A stretch of 63,478 nucleotides of DNA, filler included, from Welwitschia mirabilis (lineage: Eukaryota): the NCBI GenBank assembly GCA_051453625.1. It is 7 parts of one record of this genome, joined end to end, with 100 filler letters (N's around TTAATTAATTAA, not from the genome) between each part and the next. Parts side by side here need not be neighbours in the genome. Positions count along the whole stretch, not along the records: positions 32,293 to 57,970 come from JBOZIK010000001.1; 6 more parts are not named here. One strand, written 5' to 3'. Made by a program: the position numbers and the translations under genes. Below are positions 38,360 to 51,627 of this stretch, piece after piece. The notes under the pieces were generated by a model that worked only from the letters and a program-made list of their open reading frames with translations, did no database searches and was not told the origin of the DNA. Position 1 is the first letter of the stretch; each line of letters starts with the position of its first letter.

Positions 38360-40560
38360 CTCCTTTCTCTATCTCTACCCCCACCGGCCCTCCACAAAAC
38401 ACACCACCCACCCCTTTTTTTTGCACTATGCTTTTTTTTATTTGCATTTTCATAATGTTATCTTCTATTTATTTCATGATATATTTCTTTCATCTTCTTG
38501 TCTACATTTCATGCATTATCTGTATTTTCAATTTATGATTATGTAATACCATAATGTTAGTCTTTAACACATACATTCAAATTTCAAATAGTATCTCCTC
38601 CATTGAAATGACAACTTTATTTACTATACTATGTTTCTTTTTCATGAATAATATGAAATACCAAAAATTGGATAATAATATTTAGGAATTTATGTTTCTC
38701 TAAATTATAAAAACTAGATAGATTTCTATGATTTACATCACATGTTCAAGTTTTTTTATCTTAAATTACTTTACTTATGAAGACATATTTAAGCATCTTT
38801 TCCTGTTAACTCATAAAGAACACCTAATAAACTAACTATATGAGTTTTCTCTTATACATTAAACTCATAAATTAAAACATAAGAAATTTTGAGCATCATT
38901 TTATTTATTTGGTTGTCATTTTTTATTTTCATCCTTACTTAGGTATTGCATTTTTTATACTAAAACCTCTGAGAACATAATTTAAAAACAAGGGAAATGT
39001 AGCATTAAAGTTAGCAAATTCTCTTATTTCAATTTACCTATTTCATACACATTTAAAATAAACATCCACCTACCCTAGTCCACATCATTTTGATCTATGG
39101 AAATAGAATTCACTCTAGTTTTCTTTAGATACTAGAGTTTTAATGTTGAAAATAAGGGGAAAAAAGATTTCATTGATGATAGCAATTAACGTTTATGATT
39201 CTAATTCTTTATTGTGTCATTTTCTATGCTATTAATCATTTTCACTAATTAACTAATGAAATATAACTTTATAAAAATATTATTTTTAGTGAGAAATATT
39301 TCTTACACATCATCTTATCCTCCATCTGTTTTCATATTGGGTCTACATGATATGAACCTCTAGATGAAGTGTATGCCTTGGCTACCTAATTTTGTTGGAC
39401 TATACTATCATGGATCTTCAAATATGGGTTATTATAATACCTTGTTTTATGTGATAAATTTAAGACATGTTATTCAAGATTTAAATGAATGTCAACATAT
39501 TACTACAAAAACATTTTCATGAGTTACTTAAAATGTGATCTATTACTAAGGTACTTAAAATTCCATTTCATAGGCCAAGTGTTGATCTTAAAATATTATA
39601 TCCAAATTCTTAAGAGTTATTGATTCCCACTACTATTTACTCTAATATTTTAATTTTAGGATTTATTTTCCTTTTGTATTAGTTCACATCTTAGTTTCTA
39701 AAATGATAGAACAAACATGTTATAACCTTTTTATTTCCTAGATCAACTATGATCAAATTTAATACAAATAATGTACATAAGAAATCTATGAGCACTTATT
39801 ACTAAAATCTATGAAAAGTTTGATTAATTTACATAGGACTATTCAATTTATTACATTAAGGTTTTAGCTATTTTCACTATCAAATCATGATTAATGTAAT
39901 TTGTAAAGTATTATGATGCATGTAATCCTAATAATGCTATAGCTACAATACTCTTAAACTTCTTTTTTTTCCCTTAATATTATTCATCTTTTCTTACAAA
40001 TTATGAGTTATTGTAAGATTTCTTATCCATCCCTATATGTTTTTTGTTGATCTTTCACTCTACAACTCATAGCAGAAATTCCTTTTCCATCTTCATTCTC
40101 ATAAAATACATCATACATTATCATCCTCCTATTTTTCCTTATTCTCTACATCCACCACTTTCTTATTCTCATTCCTTGCTTCCTACCTTTATAGATAAGT
40201 TCTTCTTAGTGAGTATAGAACTAGAAATGTCATGTTTACTTTATTAATATCATGATTAGCTTCTTATTTTAGTTGTAGTGATAGTGAGAGTTGTGTTACA
40301 AATGTTTGTTGCTATTTAACTAAAGTGTTAAAATTTATTGACCATTTTTATTAAAAATATCATTATGGACTATTGTATATATATAGTGATATAATAGTTT
40401 TATTCAAAATTATGAAATTCTAAATGATAGCATTCCATGTTTGATATCATACCTCCATCTACTACCTTTTCATCACCTCTTGCATTATAGCCTTTCATAT
40501 ATTTACTTTCTACCACCATCGTTGGTATCATCCTAACTCTATTAGACTAGTCCTTTAGCA

Positions 40561-41881
40561 TCTTACACAATGTAAATTTATGGAATTTTGAGTCCTTAAG
40601 TAAAACCTATAAATCATAATACTTGCAAAAAACACACACTAGTATAGATGGGAGTTAACGGAATATCATAATTTATTGAAAGCACTAGGCTAGAAGTTAG
40701 ACAATTGATTTCATAAAGTATTTTAGTATTTTATTCTTTTTAATAAATGAAAGTAAACAATAATGGAAATACAATGCAAGATGAATGATGGTGAAATGCA
40801 ATAAATAATGAAATGTAAGTGTAATTAATCTATGTAGATTCTAATCCTCGTATTACAAGAATGATCCCTTATAACTTAGATCGATTAGGAAGAGATTATG
40901 ACTTATTCCTAACCAACATAAACTATTAGATATACCAAATAGGATATGGATAATGCAAATATGGAAATGGAATGAAATAGAATGTAATGAAAAATCTAAA
41001 ATAACAAATTCAACCTTAATAAAGACTACTCTTATGATCTAAATAAACTATAGAGTTGTCACTAAATTATAATCAACTTAAACCATAAGGGACATTTACA
41101 CAATAAAAGTGTAAAAAGTTCTTAAATTAACTCATTAATTTAACATCCACTTACAACAAATTATTAGCACCTTCATGGAGGATAATTAGCCTGACACCAA
41201 GCTAAACGTCTCTTTATAGCTACTAGATGGACCTCTTATTCTTCACTCTTCCATCACATGAACATCTAGTACAAAAAGATAGAAATAAAAGTGAAGGAAA
41301 AAAAGGGTATTTATACTTTTACATTAAAGTTCTATGAGCTCAATCTTAAGAGTTGGAGATGAAACCCTAGCAACCCATATGGGTCACATAACTCCATTAT
41401 AAAGACAATGCTTTTTATCCATATAAAATAGTTGTCATCTTGAATATCATGAGGATAACAATGAGGACATCTTTCCATTCATACAAAATAGCTATTATCC
41501 TAACTATCATGTGGATGATAATGGAAACATCACTCCAAGGTAGAAGGTCATCCATTAACTTCAAGTCCCATATTTAACTCCATAGATCCAATTGATGTTA
41601 TAGTGGTATCATCCTATATGTCATGGGGATAATAGAGGGAACAACATGCCCCTTTATCTTCTAGCTTAAAGGGAAATAAATCTTCTGCATGGTTAATCTT
41701 TTCTTCAAAACATTATGTATTAAAGTAATCTTGAGACACCTCCAAATATATTAAGAATTGCATGTTTCATGAACATCCTATTGATTCTTCATAATAGTAA
41801 TAATTGCATCTAAACATGTATAAATGTCCTAAAAAAAACTAAAAATACACCATCAAATTCCTACAAATTGGCATCACAACA
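40561..41881 (-). mobile_element. 3' LTR, Athila-like subfamily B, on the minus strand
   Basis: GGCATCACAACA|TAGCCCCCTACTT is the reverse complement of PPT plus TGTTGTGATGCC. Collinear with 1499-2851. Left end decayed (TCTTACACAATGTAAA). Confidence 0.82.
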
Positions 41882-42099
41882 TAGCCCCCTACTTAGCCGT
41901 ATCAGTTTATGACAAAGTGAGTGATCAACTATATTACGAGCTAATTTGAGTAAGATAACGAGCAACTAGAAAACGTAATTTTGAGTTTAATTTTTATCAT
42001 GTAGGAATAAACATAAAAAACTAATTAACTAACATATTCATAAGCCCCCTACTTAAATACATCACAATAGAACAAATGAATATCTCTCAAGCCCAAAAT

Positions 42100-43366
42100 C
42101 AAAACTAGAGTTGGAAGTGAGATAAGGTATGATTTCCTAATTAAAATCTTATATAAGTATAAATCTTAAGAATATTTAATTAATTTAAAAATATAACTAC
42201 AAAAATTATAATTATATGACATTACTAAGAAATATCTTCTTATTTATTTATAGTTATTTAATTGGAATAGATTAAATTTTTACCTTAAATAAGTTATTAA
42301 AATATAGTATACCTAGGAGTATGATTCATCATAAATTTCTGACATTTGACAAAAGGACTTCGTATTTAAGAATTTATTTAATTAAAGTTTTATGGATTTT
42401 ATACTATTAGTTATAGAGATTATGCTTTATCAATTTCATCTATTTCTAAGTGATATATTTTATTATTTGGCATGATATTATTTAACATCTTAATTAAAGA
42501 ATTTAATTAATGCATAAGACTTGGTGGTTAAAGGGCTATATGCAAATATTTATGTAATGAACTATTAATTCAATCTTTCACTAGGAGTTGAACCTATGAC
42601 CTTGTAATTAGTGCTTCTATGACTTAACCAGAATATCAAAGTATGTTGAGTTGAAATGGATCAGTTACAAACAAAGAAATATAATTAGGAAAAGAGTTAA
42701 AAATTAAATGTTATTGAAGATTATGATTAGCTAGGACTTTAGACTAAGTTGATTACTAAAATGGTTACATAGGCCTACACAAACAAAACACAATCATTTT
42801 TTACTCAATCATAACAAGTCTAAAATGTAAATAAATAGAAGCAAAATTGTAGAAACATCTTGTCACTGCGGAAGAGTGTAAAATAAGGTTTTTAAGAATG
42901 GCAAATGAAGAGGTTTAATGTAATACGATTACAAATATGAAGAGGGTGTTTGAATGGATTCTAGAAAAGAAATGATTTATGGAATAGATCTTACCTAATA
43001 CTTTAACATTTAGTGATAGAAGAGAAATAAATAAGTAGATTTTCATTAAGAAAAATGAGGTCTATTAATTAGAAAGATTATATGAGCTAAAAATCCAAAG
43101 GCAATGAAAACACAGTCAGTGAAGGAATTTGGTGAAAACATACTCACGAACAATTAAATAGAAACATCTGCTAAAGCTCTAGTAAGATACTATAATGCAC
43201 TATCTAGCTGATTGAGGAATTGAAATTGTGTTAAGTACTTATAAGGATGTATAAAACTAGTTCAAATAGTTAAGATTCCTAATCATAGGATCTATAAAAT
43301 GTCTTTTTCAAAATTAACAAAATAAATAATGGTGGATTGATGTGAAGAGAGAGATAGAGAAATTAT
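42100..43366. mobile_element. Unclassified repeat (probable LTR-element non-coding sequence) homologous to ~51780-52850, cut at 43366 by an Athila LTR
   Basis: Shared collinear blocks: AAGTTTTATG..TTT.AT..TATT.G..ATAGAGATTAT, GATCT.ACCTAA, TTTAGTGAT.GAAGA, AAAACACAGTC, CTAAAGCTCTAGTA, GTGGATT.ATGTG. Confidence 0.6.
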
Positions 43367-44564
43367 TGTTGCGATCCAAATTGTCATGTTTTAATGGTAT
43401 AATTAGTGATATTTTGTAGGGAACAAAAACTCAATTCAATCATTTTCAGGCATTTTGATGTGAATTGATCTAACAATCTAATTATGATATTAAATGCCAT
43501 ATTTTCATCTAAAAGAGCAATAATTTAATCAAGAAACAAAGTGAAGTAAAAAGTGAAGAAAAAGATCAATAAAATGGCTGTCATCCCCTATGTCATTCCC
43601 ATGACACAGGGCATGACCACATGAATAATTACATCTGAAGGAGGCTGGCAAGGATGACTTAGTGAAGCAGACATGGCTTACTGACTTGGCTGTTGTGAGG
43701 TCTATCATCCCCATGACATAGGAGCCAACATAGCCATTACTTACAAATTAAAATACTAACAAGACTATGACATGGTAAGCTGTGATTGGATGATGAAAGT
43801 GTGTCATGTTTAATGTCATAACCACGATGATAGTAATATGACTATGCCATAACTTCTTTCTAACTGAGTTAATTAAGGTCTAGTTTATGCCTAATGATGT
43901 CTTTTTGCCTGTACCAATCTCCCTGACTTATAACCACTTTAGGAAAGCTATAAAAAAACCCCATTTGGCATACTTTGATTATATTTTGGCATTAGAGGAT
44001 TGGTGACAAAAAGCATCGAAGGAGTTAAGAGTCTAATTCAGCATAGAAGAGATTATTCTTAGTGTGAAAGATGTGTTTCTAACATTGAGGATTCACTACC
44101 TTACTGAGGTGGTGTAAGACATTTCATTGATTTAATAAAATGTCTTTCTTCTTCTTCAAATCTTATAATTTCTCTTATGATTTATGTTGAAGTTTAATTA
44201 ATACTAGTTCTTAGATTAATTTTAAATTAGAAACAGGTCATAAGGGCTGAGTTGGGTAACAACAACTCAGAAATTTAGTTATCATAAGCTTGCATTTTAT
44301 CTTACTTTCCTACTTCACATTGTACATTAGAATAATCACATTTTTAGTTTTCATTTTTTGCATATAAAAGCATAAAATTACTCAAAAATATTGGATTGGA
44401 ATTTAAGTTACATTCTCTCTTATTTATGTACTTGATTAGATTGTTGTCTTACCCTCTCCAAATTATGACATTTGTTGGTTAATTCATCCTATACTAATCC
44501 TAATTGCAATTTCCTTATTTTAAACATTGATTATTTTTGAAGTGAAAAATTTAGGCCATAAACA
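43367..44564 (+). mobile_element. 5' LTR, Athila-like subfamily A
   Basis: TGTTGCGATCCAAATT...GCCATAAACA. Collinear with 27997-29163. Confidence 0.88.
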
Positions 44565-44567
44565 TTT

Positions 44568-44585
44568 TGGCACCATTGCTAAGGA
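44568..44585 (+). promoter_or_regulatory. Primer binding site, tRNA-Asp type
   Basis: TGGCACCATTGCTAAGGA, 3 nt after the LTR end. Confidence 0.8.
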
Positions 44586-45419
44586 TCATTAGAATAAGCT
44601 ATCAAGTGTATTCAAATCAAAAGTAAGTAGATTGAATTTGTGCTATCATTATTTCTATTTACTTTTGATTTTTATTTAATATCTATTGGTGCAATCTACT
44701 TTCTTTGAGAAGATTACCTAAAGAGATCTACTTGCCCTTGGATTAAAGGAAAGATTATCTCTAAGATCTACCATTATCCAAGCAAAATTATTCATCTTTA
44801 GAGGGTAATACATTATTTTCACTTGTTGTTTATGTTGTGTTCACTTTTTTATTATAAATTATCTCTTCTTTTCTTATTCTCTTTTTTTGTAATAATTTCC
44901 CCTTGCTAGGTCCACCTTCTTACACATTATGTGATCTAAAAGGATTATCACATAGCAAGAAGCCTTCCAGTATCTTTTTCTTGGGTCCTAAGTAAAGATT
45001 CGAAGAAGAAACATCACTCTTAATCATTGTATCTACTCCTTGTACTTTAATGTAATCCTAGAGATTACCTACAATAGTTTTGAGTTAAAAGGTTAGAATT
45101 TTGCAAGGTAAGCAAGGGAATGCCATCAAAATCTAAAGAGAAAAAGGTACATTTTCAATGTGAAAAGCAATTTTCAAAAGAGGAAATTCAAGAATGTATT
45201 AAAATTTATAATTTGAGGACTAGAGGTGAGTAATTATTTATTTCTGAATTTGATTAATCTGATTTACTAGAAGATAGCAATTTAGATTCTAAAAGTTTTT
45301 CATTTCCTATTAATTCATCTTCTAGAATTAAAAGTTACATCTTCTGTTATAAGTCCTTCTAGGCTTAATTTCAATTTTTTTCCAAGTAAAGTTTCAACTT
45401 CACATTCTTTGAATAGTAA

Positions 45420-47241
45420 TTGTGTAATTCAGAATCCTACAACTCCCATAATTATAAAATTTCTAGTGGTTTTCAACCAAATCTCAAGGATAAATATAGA
45501 TCAAAACTTAGAGAAACCCATAATCCTTTTGACCTTCTTGTTGGGGATGATATAGGAATTAAAAAATTGATGCTCATGTGTAATGGAAAGAAACTTATAA
45601 CTGATAGAAATTACATGATAGTGTTCCCTTATACATTAAGTGGAAAAGAAAAAAATTGCCTTAAAACCTTACCCTACAAAAGTCTCAAAACTTGGAAGGC
45701 TACTAAAGAAAGCTTCATTAAATGATTCCTAAGTGGAAACACTTTGAGATAAAGACATCATGAGGTAACAAATGTTCTATAGAAAGACAATGAGGACTAT
45801 GCTTCATCTTGAGAGAGATTCTTAATTTTAGTTTCAACTAATTCCATAGATGAATTTCAATAAGAAGAATTGATTTACCATTTCTATAATGGCCTTATCA
45901 GTGTAACAAAACAAAGGGTATATCTTTCTTGTGGAGGAAATTTATTTGAATATACAATTAAAGAAGCATGGCAACATTTACAAGACTTAGTTTAACTTAG
46001 ACAAGAATGGCCTAAGACTAGACAAAAAAAACCTTTGAATGATCTTTAAGGAAAATTCATCATGTCAAACATTAAGAGGGCAAACAAAAACAACACATAT
46101 ATGAAGAAGAAGATAGTAGTGATAGTGATAGTCCACTAGCAAAAAAAAATATTAAAGTAATGTAAGAAGTAAAATTAGCAAAATATCATACACCACCAAC
46201 TCCTACTTGTGAATTATGTAAGCAAATCATGTAGTTACTGAATGTCTATTTTGGCCAATTGTAAAGGAAGTAGTGAGGAAAGAAGTGTGCTATGTCAATC
46301 AACTAGAACCTAATCACTGCAAAGGATCTTATCATAATGATAAAATCCTTACCATCAACTAGGTCATTCCTTTAAACCTAAGTATAAATCCTCCTTCAAA
46401 CAATCATATAACCCAAGATATGGAGGATACAATCAATACAAGAAAGATCCCATTAAGAAATCTATGACAGAAATAAGAAGCATCCATAAACAAACACATA
46501 AGAGTATTGAGCAAACTCAAAAAATTATACAAGATTTGGCTAGGATTATGCAACAAATTATGTTAGCCAACCAGAGAGCACAAGGCATATTAGCTTCTAA
46601 TACATTACTCAACCCCAATGATTTGAAGAAATATTGGAAGGTAGTCACTTGGAAAGGCACTACTACTTTACCTGAAGAACCATCTATAAGTGAGAACATT
46701 GAAGAAAAGAAGGATGAAGATGTAGAAATCCTTAATGAAATACACATTCCTTCCACTTCCACTTCAACAAACAAGAATGAAACAATGAATAAAAGAAGAA
46801 AACATCTTATCTCTTGGTTAGATAGACTCAATTCTAATCCAACATATGATGAGTATATCAAAAGAATCATGAAGGATGTTAATGTCACACTACCCTTTTG
46901 GAACATACTTCAAAACAATCCTAAGTATGCTAAAATATGAAAGGACCTTTATAGGAGGAATAAAAAATGTACATTTCCAAGTAGAGTGTTTTTACCCCAA
47001 TCTATGACCAACTTGGTAATGCAAAAATGCCTAAAGTTTAAAGATCCGGGGGCACTAACCACTAGTGTAATATTAGAAGGCAACAAAGAGGTTAAGGAGG
47101 CCCTAATCAACATAGGTACAAGTGTGAATGTAATTCCCCTTCATATTTGTAAAAAGTTTGGAATAAAAGTAGAATTGAACCAACAAAAATTATCTTGAAA
47201 ATGGCTAATTCAACATTAAAAAAGCCACTTGGAATTATTAA
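45420..47241 (+). pseudogene. Gypsy gag-protease remnant, copy 1
   Basis: ORF fragments 45420-45725 (VFPYTLSGKEKNCLKTLPYKSLKTWK, retrotransposon gag-like), 46464-46940 (QGILASNTLLNP; VNVTLPFWNILQNNPKYAK) and 46986-47198 (KFKDPGA...EALINIGTSVNVIPL). Confidence 0.88.
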
Positions 47242-47341
47242 NNNNNNNNNNNNNNNNNNNNNNNNNNNNNNNNNNNNNNNNNNNNNNNNNNNNNNNNNNN
47301 NNNNNNNNNNNNNNNNNNNNNNNNNNNNNNNNNNNNNNNNN

Positions 47342-49506
47342 TAAATTGTTGCCTTCCACTCTCCAAATTATGACTTTAGTTGGTCAATTCACCCTATACT
47401 AAGCCTAATTGCACTTTCTTTGTTTCAAGCATTGATTACTTTTGAAGCGCAAAATTTAGACCAAGGAGTATGAGAATAAGATATCAAGTGCATTTAAATC
47501 AAAAGTAAGTGGATTGAATTTGTGCTATCATTATTTCTATTTACTTTTGGTTTTAATCTAATACCTATTGGTGAAATCTACTTGCTTTGAGAAGATTACC
47601 TAAAGAGATCTACATGTCCTTTGATTAAAGGCAATATTATCTATAAGGTCTACCACTATCCAAGCAAGATTATTCATCTTTAAAGAATAAGACATCGTTT
47701 TAACTTGTTCTTTATGTTGTGTGCCATTATTTATTATAAATTATCTCTTCTTTTTCTATTCTTTTTTTGTGCAATAATTTCCCCTTGCTAGGTTTACCTT
47801 CTTGTGATTTATGCGATCTAGAAGATTACCACATAGCAAGAACCTTATAGTATCTTTTTCTTGGGTTCTAAGTGAAGATTTCAAGAAGAAACATCACTCT
47901 TAATAATTGAGTCTACTCCTTGCACTTTGATGTGATCTTGGAGATTAACTACAATGGTTTTAAGTTAAAAGGTTGGAATTTGCAGGTTAAGCAAGGGAAT
48001 GCCATCAAAATTTTGAAGAGAAAAAGGTACANNNNNNNNNNNNNNNNNNNNNNNNNNNNNNNNNNNNNNNNNNNNNNNNNNNNNNTCATAATTTAAGGAC
48101 TAGAGGTGAGAAAATTTTTATTTCTAAATTTTATTAATCTTATTTACTAAAATATAGCAATTTACATTTTGAACTTTTTTCATTTCTTATTGATTCATCT
48201 TCTAGAATTTTTAGTTTCCTCTCAAATGAAAAGCCACCTCTTCTATTTCAAGTTGTTCTAGGCTTAATTTCAATTTTTTTGTAAGTAAAGTTTCAATTTT
48301 GCATTCTTTAAATGATAAACATGTGAATCAGAATTCTACAACTCCTATAATGTCTATAATTTCTAGTGGTTTCCAACCANNNNNNNNNNNNNNNNNNNNN
48401 NNNNNNNNNNNNNNNNNNNNNNNNNNNNNNNNNNNNNNNNNNNNNNNNNNNNNNNNNNNNNNNNNNNNNNNNNNNNNNNATAATTTCTATTGGTTTCCAA
48501 CCAACTCTTAAGGATAAAGATGGACTAAAACTTAGAGAAACTCATAATCCTTTTGACCTTTCTATTGGGGATAATATAGAAATTCAAAATCTTGATGCCT
48601 ACCCTTATTTTGATGGGAAATTTATGAAGATCCTTATGAACACATTGCTGCCATTGAAAAATTGATGTTCACATGTAATGGAAAGAAACCTATAACTAAT
48701 AGAAATTACATGATAGTGTTCCCTTACACATTGAGTGAAAAAGCAAAAAACTAGCTTAAAACCTTACCCCATAAAAGTCTCAAAACTTGGAAGGCTCTTA
48801 AGTGGAAATACTTTGAGACAAAGACATCATTAGGTAGAAAATTTTCAACAAAATGATAATGAGGATTATGCTTTATCTTGGAAAATATTTCTAATTTTAG
48901 TTTCAGCCAATCCCATAGATGAATTTCAACAAGAAGAGTTAGTTTACCATTTTTATAATGGTCTTACTAGTGCAACAAAACAAAGGGTATATATTTCTTG
49001 TGGAGGGAGTTTATTTCAACACACAACTAAAGAAGCATGAAAACATTTGCAAGACTTAGTTGAACTTAGCCAAGCATGGCCTAAGCCTAGAGACAATAAA
49101 ACCCTTGAATAATCTTTAAGGGAAATCCATCATGTCAAACATTGAGAGGACAAACAAAAATAATACATATATGAAGAAGAAGACAATAGTGACAGTGATA
49201 GCCCACTAGTAAAACGAATGGTAAATCCAAAAGGTAAAATTAGCAAAATCCCATACACCACCAACTCTTACTTGTAAATTATATGAAGAAAATCATATAG
49301 TCACTGAATGCCCATTTTGACCACCTATGAATGAAGTAGTTAGGGAAGTAGTATGCTATGCCCATCAACCAGATCTTAATTACTACAAAGGACTTTATCA
49401 TAATGAGAAAAACCTTACCATCAACCAGGTCCTTCCTTCAAACCTAAGTATAAATCCTTCTTTAAACAACCATACAATCAAAGATATGGAGGATACCATT
49501 AATACA
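47342..49506 (+). mobile_element. Second copy: LTR 3' end (terminus and PBS deleted), leader and gag remnant
   Basis: Collinear with 44437-46440. TTTAGACCAAGGAG shows loss of the ...AACA plus PBS segment. Gag motifs FPYTLSEKAKN*LKTLP and QNDNEDY. Confidence 0.85.
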
Positions 49507-49745
49507 NNNNNNNNNNNNNNNNNNNNNNNNNNNNNNNNNNNNNNNNNNNNNNNNNNNNNNNNNNNNNNNNNNNNNNNNNNNNNNNNNNNNNNNNNNNNNN
49601 NNNNNNNNNNNNNNNNNNNNNNNNNNNNNNNNNNNNNNNNNNNNNNNNNNNNNNNNNNNNNNNNNNNNNNNNNNNNNNNNNNNNNNNNNNNNNNNNNNNN
49701 NNNNNNNNNNNNNNNNNNNNNNNNNNNNNNNNNNNNNNNNNNNNN

Positions 49746-51566
49746 ACAACTGAAGAAGCATTGTAACATTTGCAAAAATTAGTTGACCTTAGTCTAGCAT
49801 GGCTTAAACCTAGAGAAAATAAAACCCGTGAATAATCTTTAAGGGAGATCCATCATGTCAAAAATCAAGAAGGAAAACAAAAATAACACATGTATGAAGA
49901 AGAAGATAGTAGTGACAGTGATAGCCCACTAGTAAGGATAATGGTTAAAGAAATCTAAGAGGTAAAATTAGCAAAATACCATACACCATCAACTCCTACT
50001 TGTGAATTATGTGAAGAAAACCATGTAGTTACTGAATGCCCATTTTGGCCAAATGTGAAGGAAGTAGTAAGGGAAGAAGTATATTATATCAATCAACTAG
50101 ACCCTAATTACTACAAAGGACCTTATCATAATGAGAAAAATCCTTACAATCAACCAAGTCCTTCCTTCAAACCTAAGTATAAATCCTTCTTTAAACAACC
50201 ATACAACCCAAGATATGGAGGATACAATTAATACAAGGAATATTCTATTAGGAAGTTATGACAGAAATAAGAAACATCGATGAACAAACACATATGATTA
50301 CTAATCAAACTCAAAAAAGTATACAAGATTTGACTGGGACTATGTAACAAATTATGTTAGCTAACTAGAGACCACAAAGCATATTAGCTTCCAATACATT
50401 ACCTAACTCCAACGATGTGAAGAAATATTGGAAGGTAGTTACTCAAAAAGGCACTACTACTTCACCTAAATAACTATATACAAGTGATAACATTGAAGGA
50501 AAAAAGGATAAAAATGTAGAAATCCTTGATGAAATACAATTTCCTTCCACTTTCACTTCAATAAATAAGAATGAAACAACAAACGAAGGAAGAAAACATC
50601 TTACCCCTTGGTTAGATAGACTTAATTCTAATCCAAATTATGATGAGTATATCAAAGTATGGAAGGAATTTTATAGGAGAAAGCAAAAACATACATTACC
50701 AAGTAGAGTTTTTTAGCTTAATCTATGGCCAACTTGATGATGCAAAAATGTTCAAAATTCAAAGATCCAGGGGTAGCAACCATTAGTGTAATATTAAAAG
50801 GAAACAAAAAGGTTAAGAAGGCCCAGTTGACATAGGTATGAGTGTGAACATAATGCCCCTTCATATTTGTAAAAAGTTTGGATTAGAAAGTAAAATTAAA
50901 CCAATAACAATTCTCTTAGAAATGGCTAACTCAACATTAAGAAAACAACTTGGAATTATCAATGATTTGGTTGTCCAAATAAAAGAAGTCTACTACCCCA
51001 TTAATGTCATAATCATTGAAATTAATCACAATGGTGGATACCCCTTGCTTTTAGGAAGAACTTTTTGTACTAATGCCCATTGCATTATAGATACTAGAGC
51101 TAGAACCATGCAACTTCATGCAGGTAGTAAAAAGATTCGAGTTCGCATCTTTAATGAATCAAAAAAGAACATAAGGAATTCAAATGATGAGCTAAGTGAA
51201 GATGTTAGATCAGCAATGTTTGTAGTTCATCATTCACTTGATTTAAAGGCCCTCACCCATGAACAACCAACTCTTTTTAATGATATGAAGGAGTTTACAA
51301 TAGTCTTAGGTAGTCTTAATTCCATTAATCCTTATGAACTTGATATTAACATAAAACCTTTGATGGAAGATAAATTTGAGGAAATCATCACCCAAGACAT
51401 TAAGCAAGTAAAAGCCATGGAGACAACTTTTGATGAGGATGGTTATGCAACTTTAAATAAGCATGAAGAACTTAACTTTCAGATGAATTTGAAAGATCTT
51501 AAAAAAGGGATTAAGATACATTTTTATCAACAACAATCCTAAAAAGCCCCTAACCATTAGTAGCCA
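49746..51566 (+). pseudogene. Third copy: gag C-terminal half and aspartic protease/linker (longest ORF 50838-51542)
   Basis: Zinc-knuckle-like CELCEENHVVTEC (50001-50039), VDIGMSVNIMPL, LEMANST, YPLLLGRTF. Collinear with 45970-47241. Homology ends at the TGTAATGTCC junction (51567). Confidence 0.88.
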
Positions 51567-51615
51567 TGTAATGTCCTATAAATATACAGTTGAATATCTT
51601 CAAACTCGATCTGAT

Positions 51616-51627
51616 GCTCTGATACCA
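51616..51627 (-). promoter_or_regulatory. Primer binding site, tRNA-iMet type
   Basis: GCTCTGATACCA, the reverse complement of TGGTATCAGAGC. It lies 3 nt from TGTAAC (an LTR-type end reading GTTACA on the minus strand). Confidence 0.8.

Noticed and set aside
50838..51542. 234-aa ORF as a functional or domesticated host protease gene
   Set aside because: It starts downstream of the catalytic Asp codon and is embedded in a stop- and frameshift-ridden gag-pol remnant.
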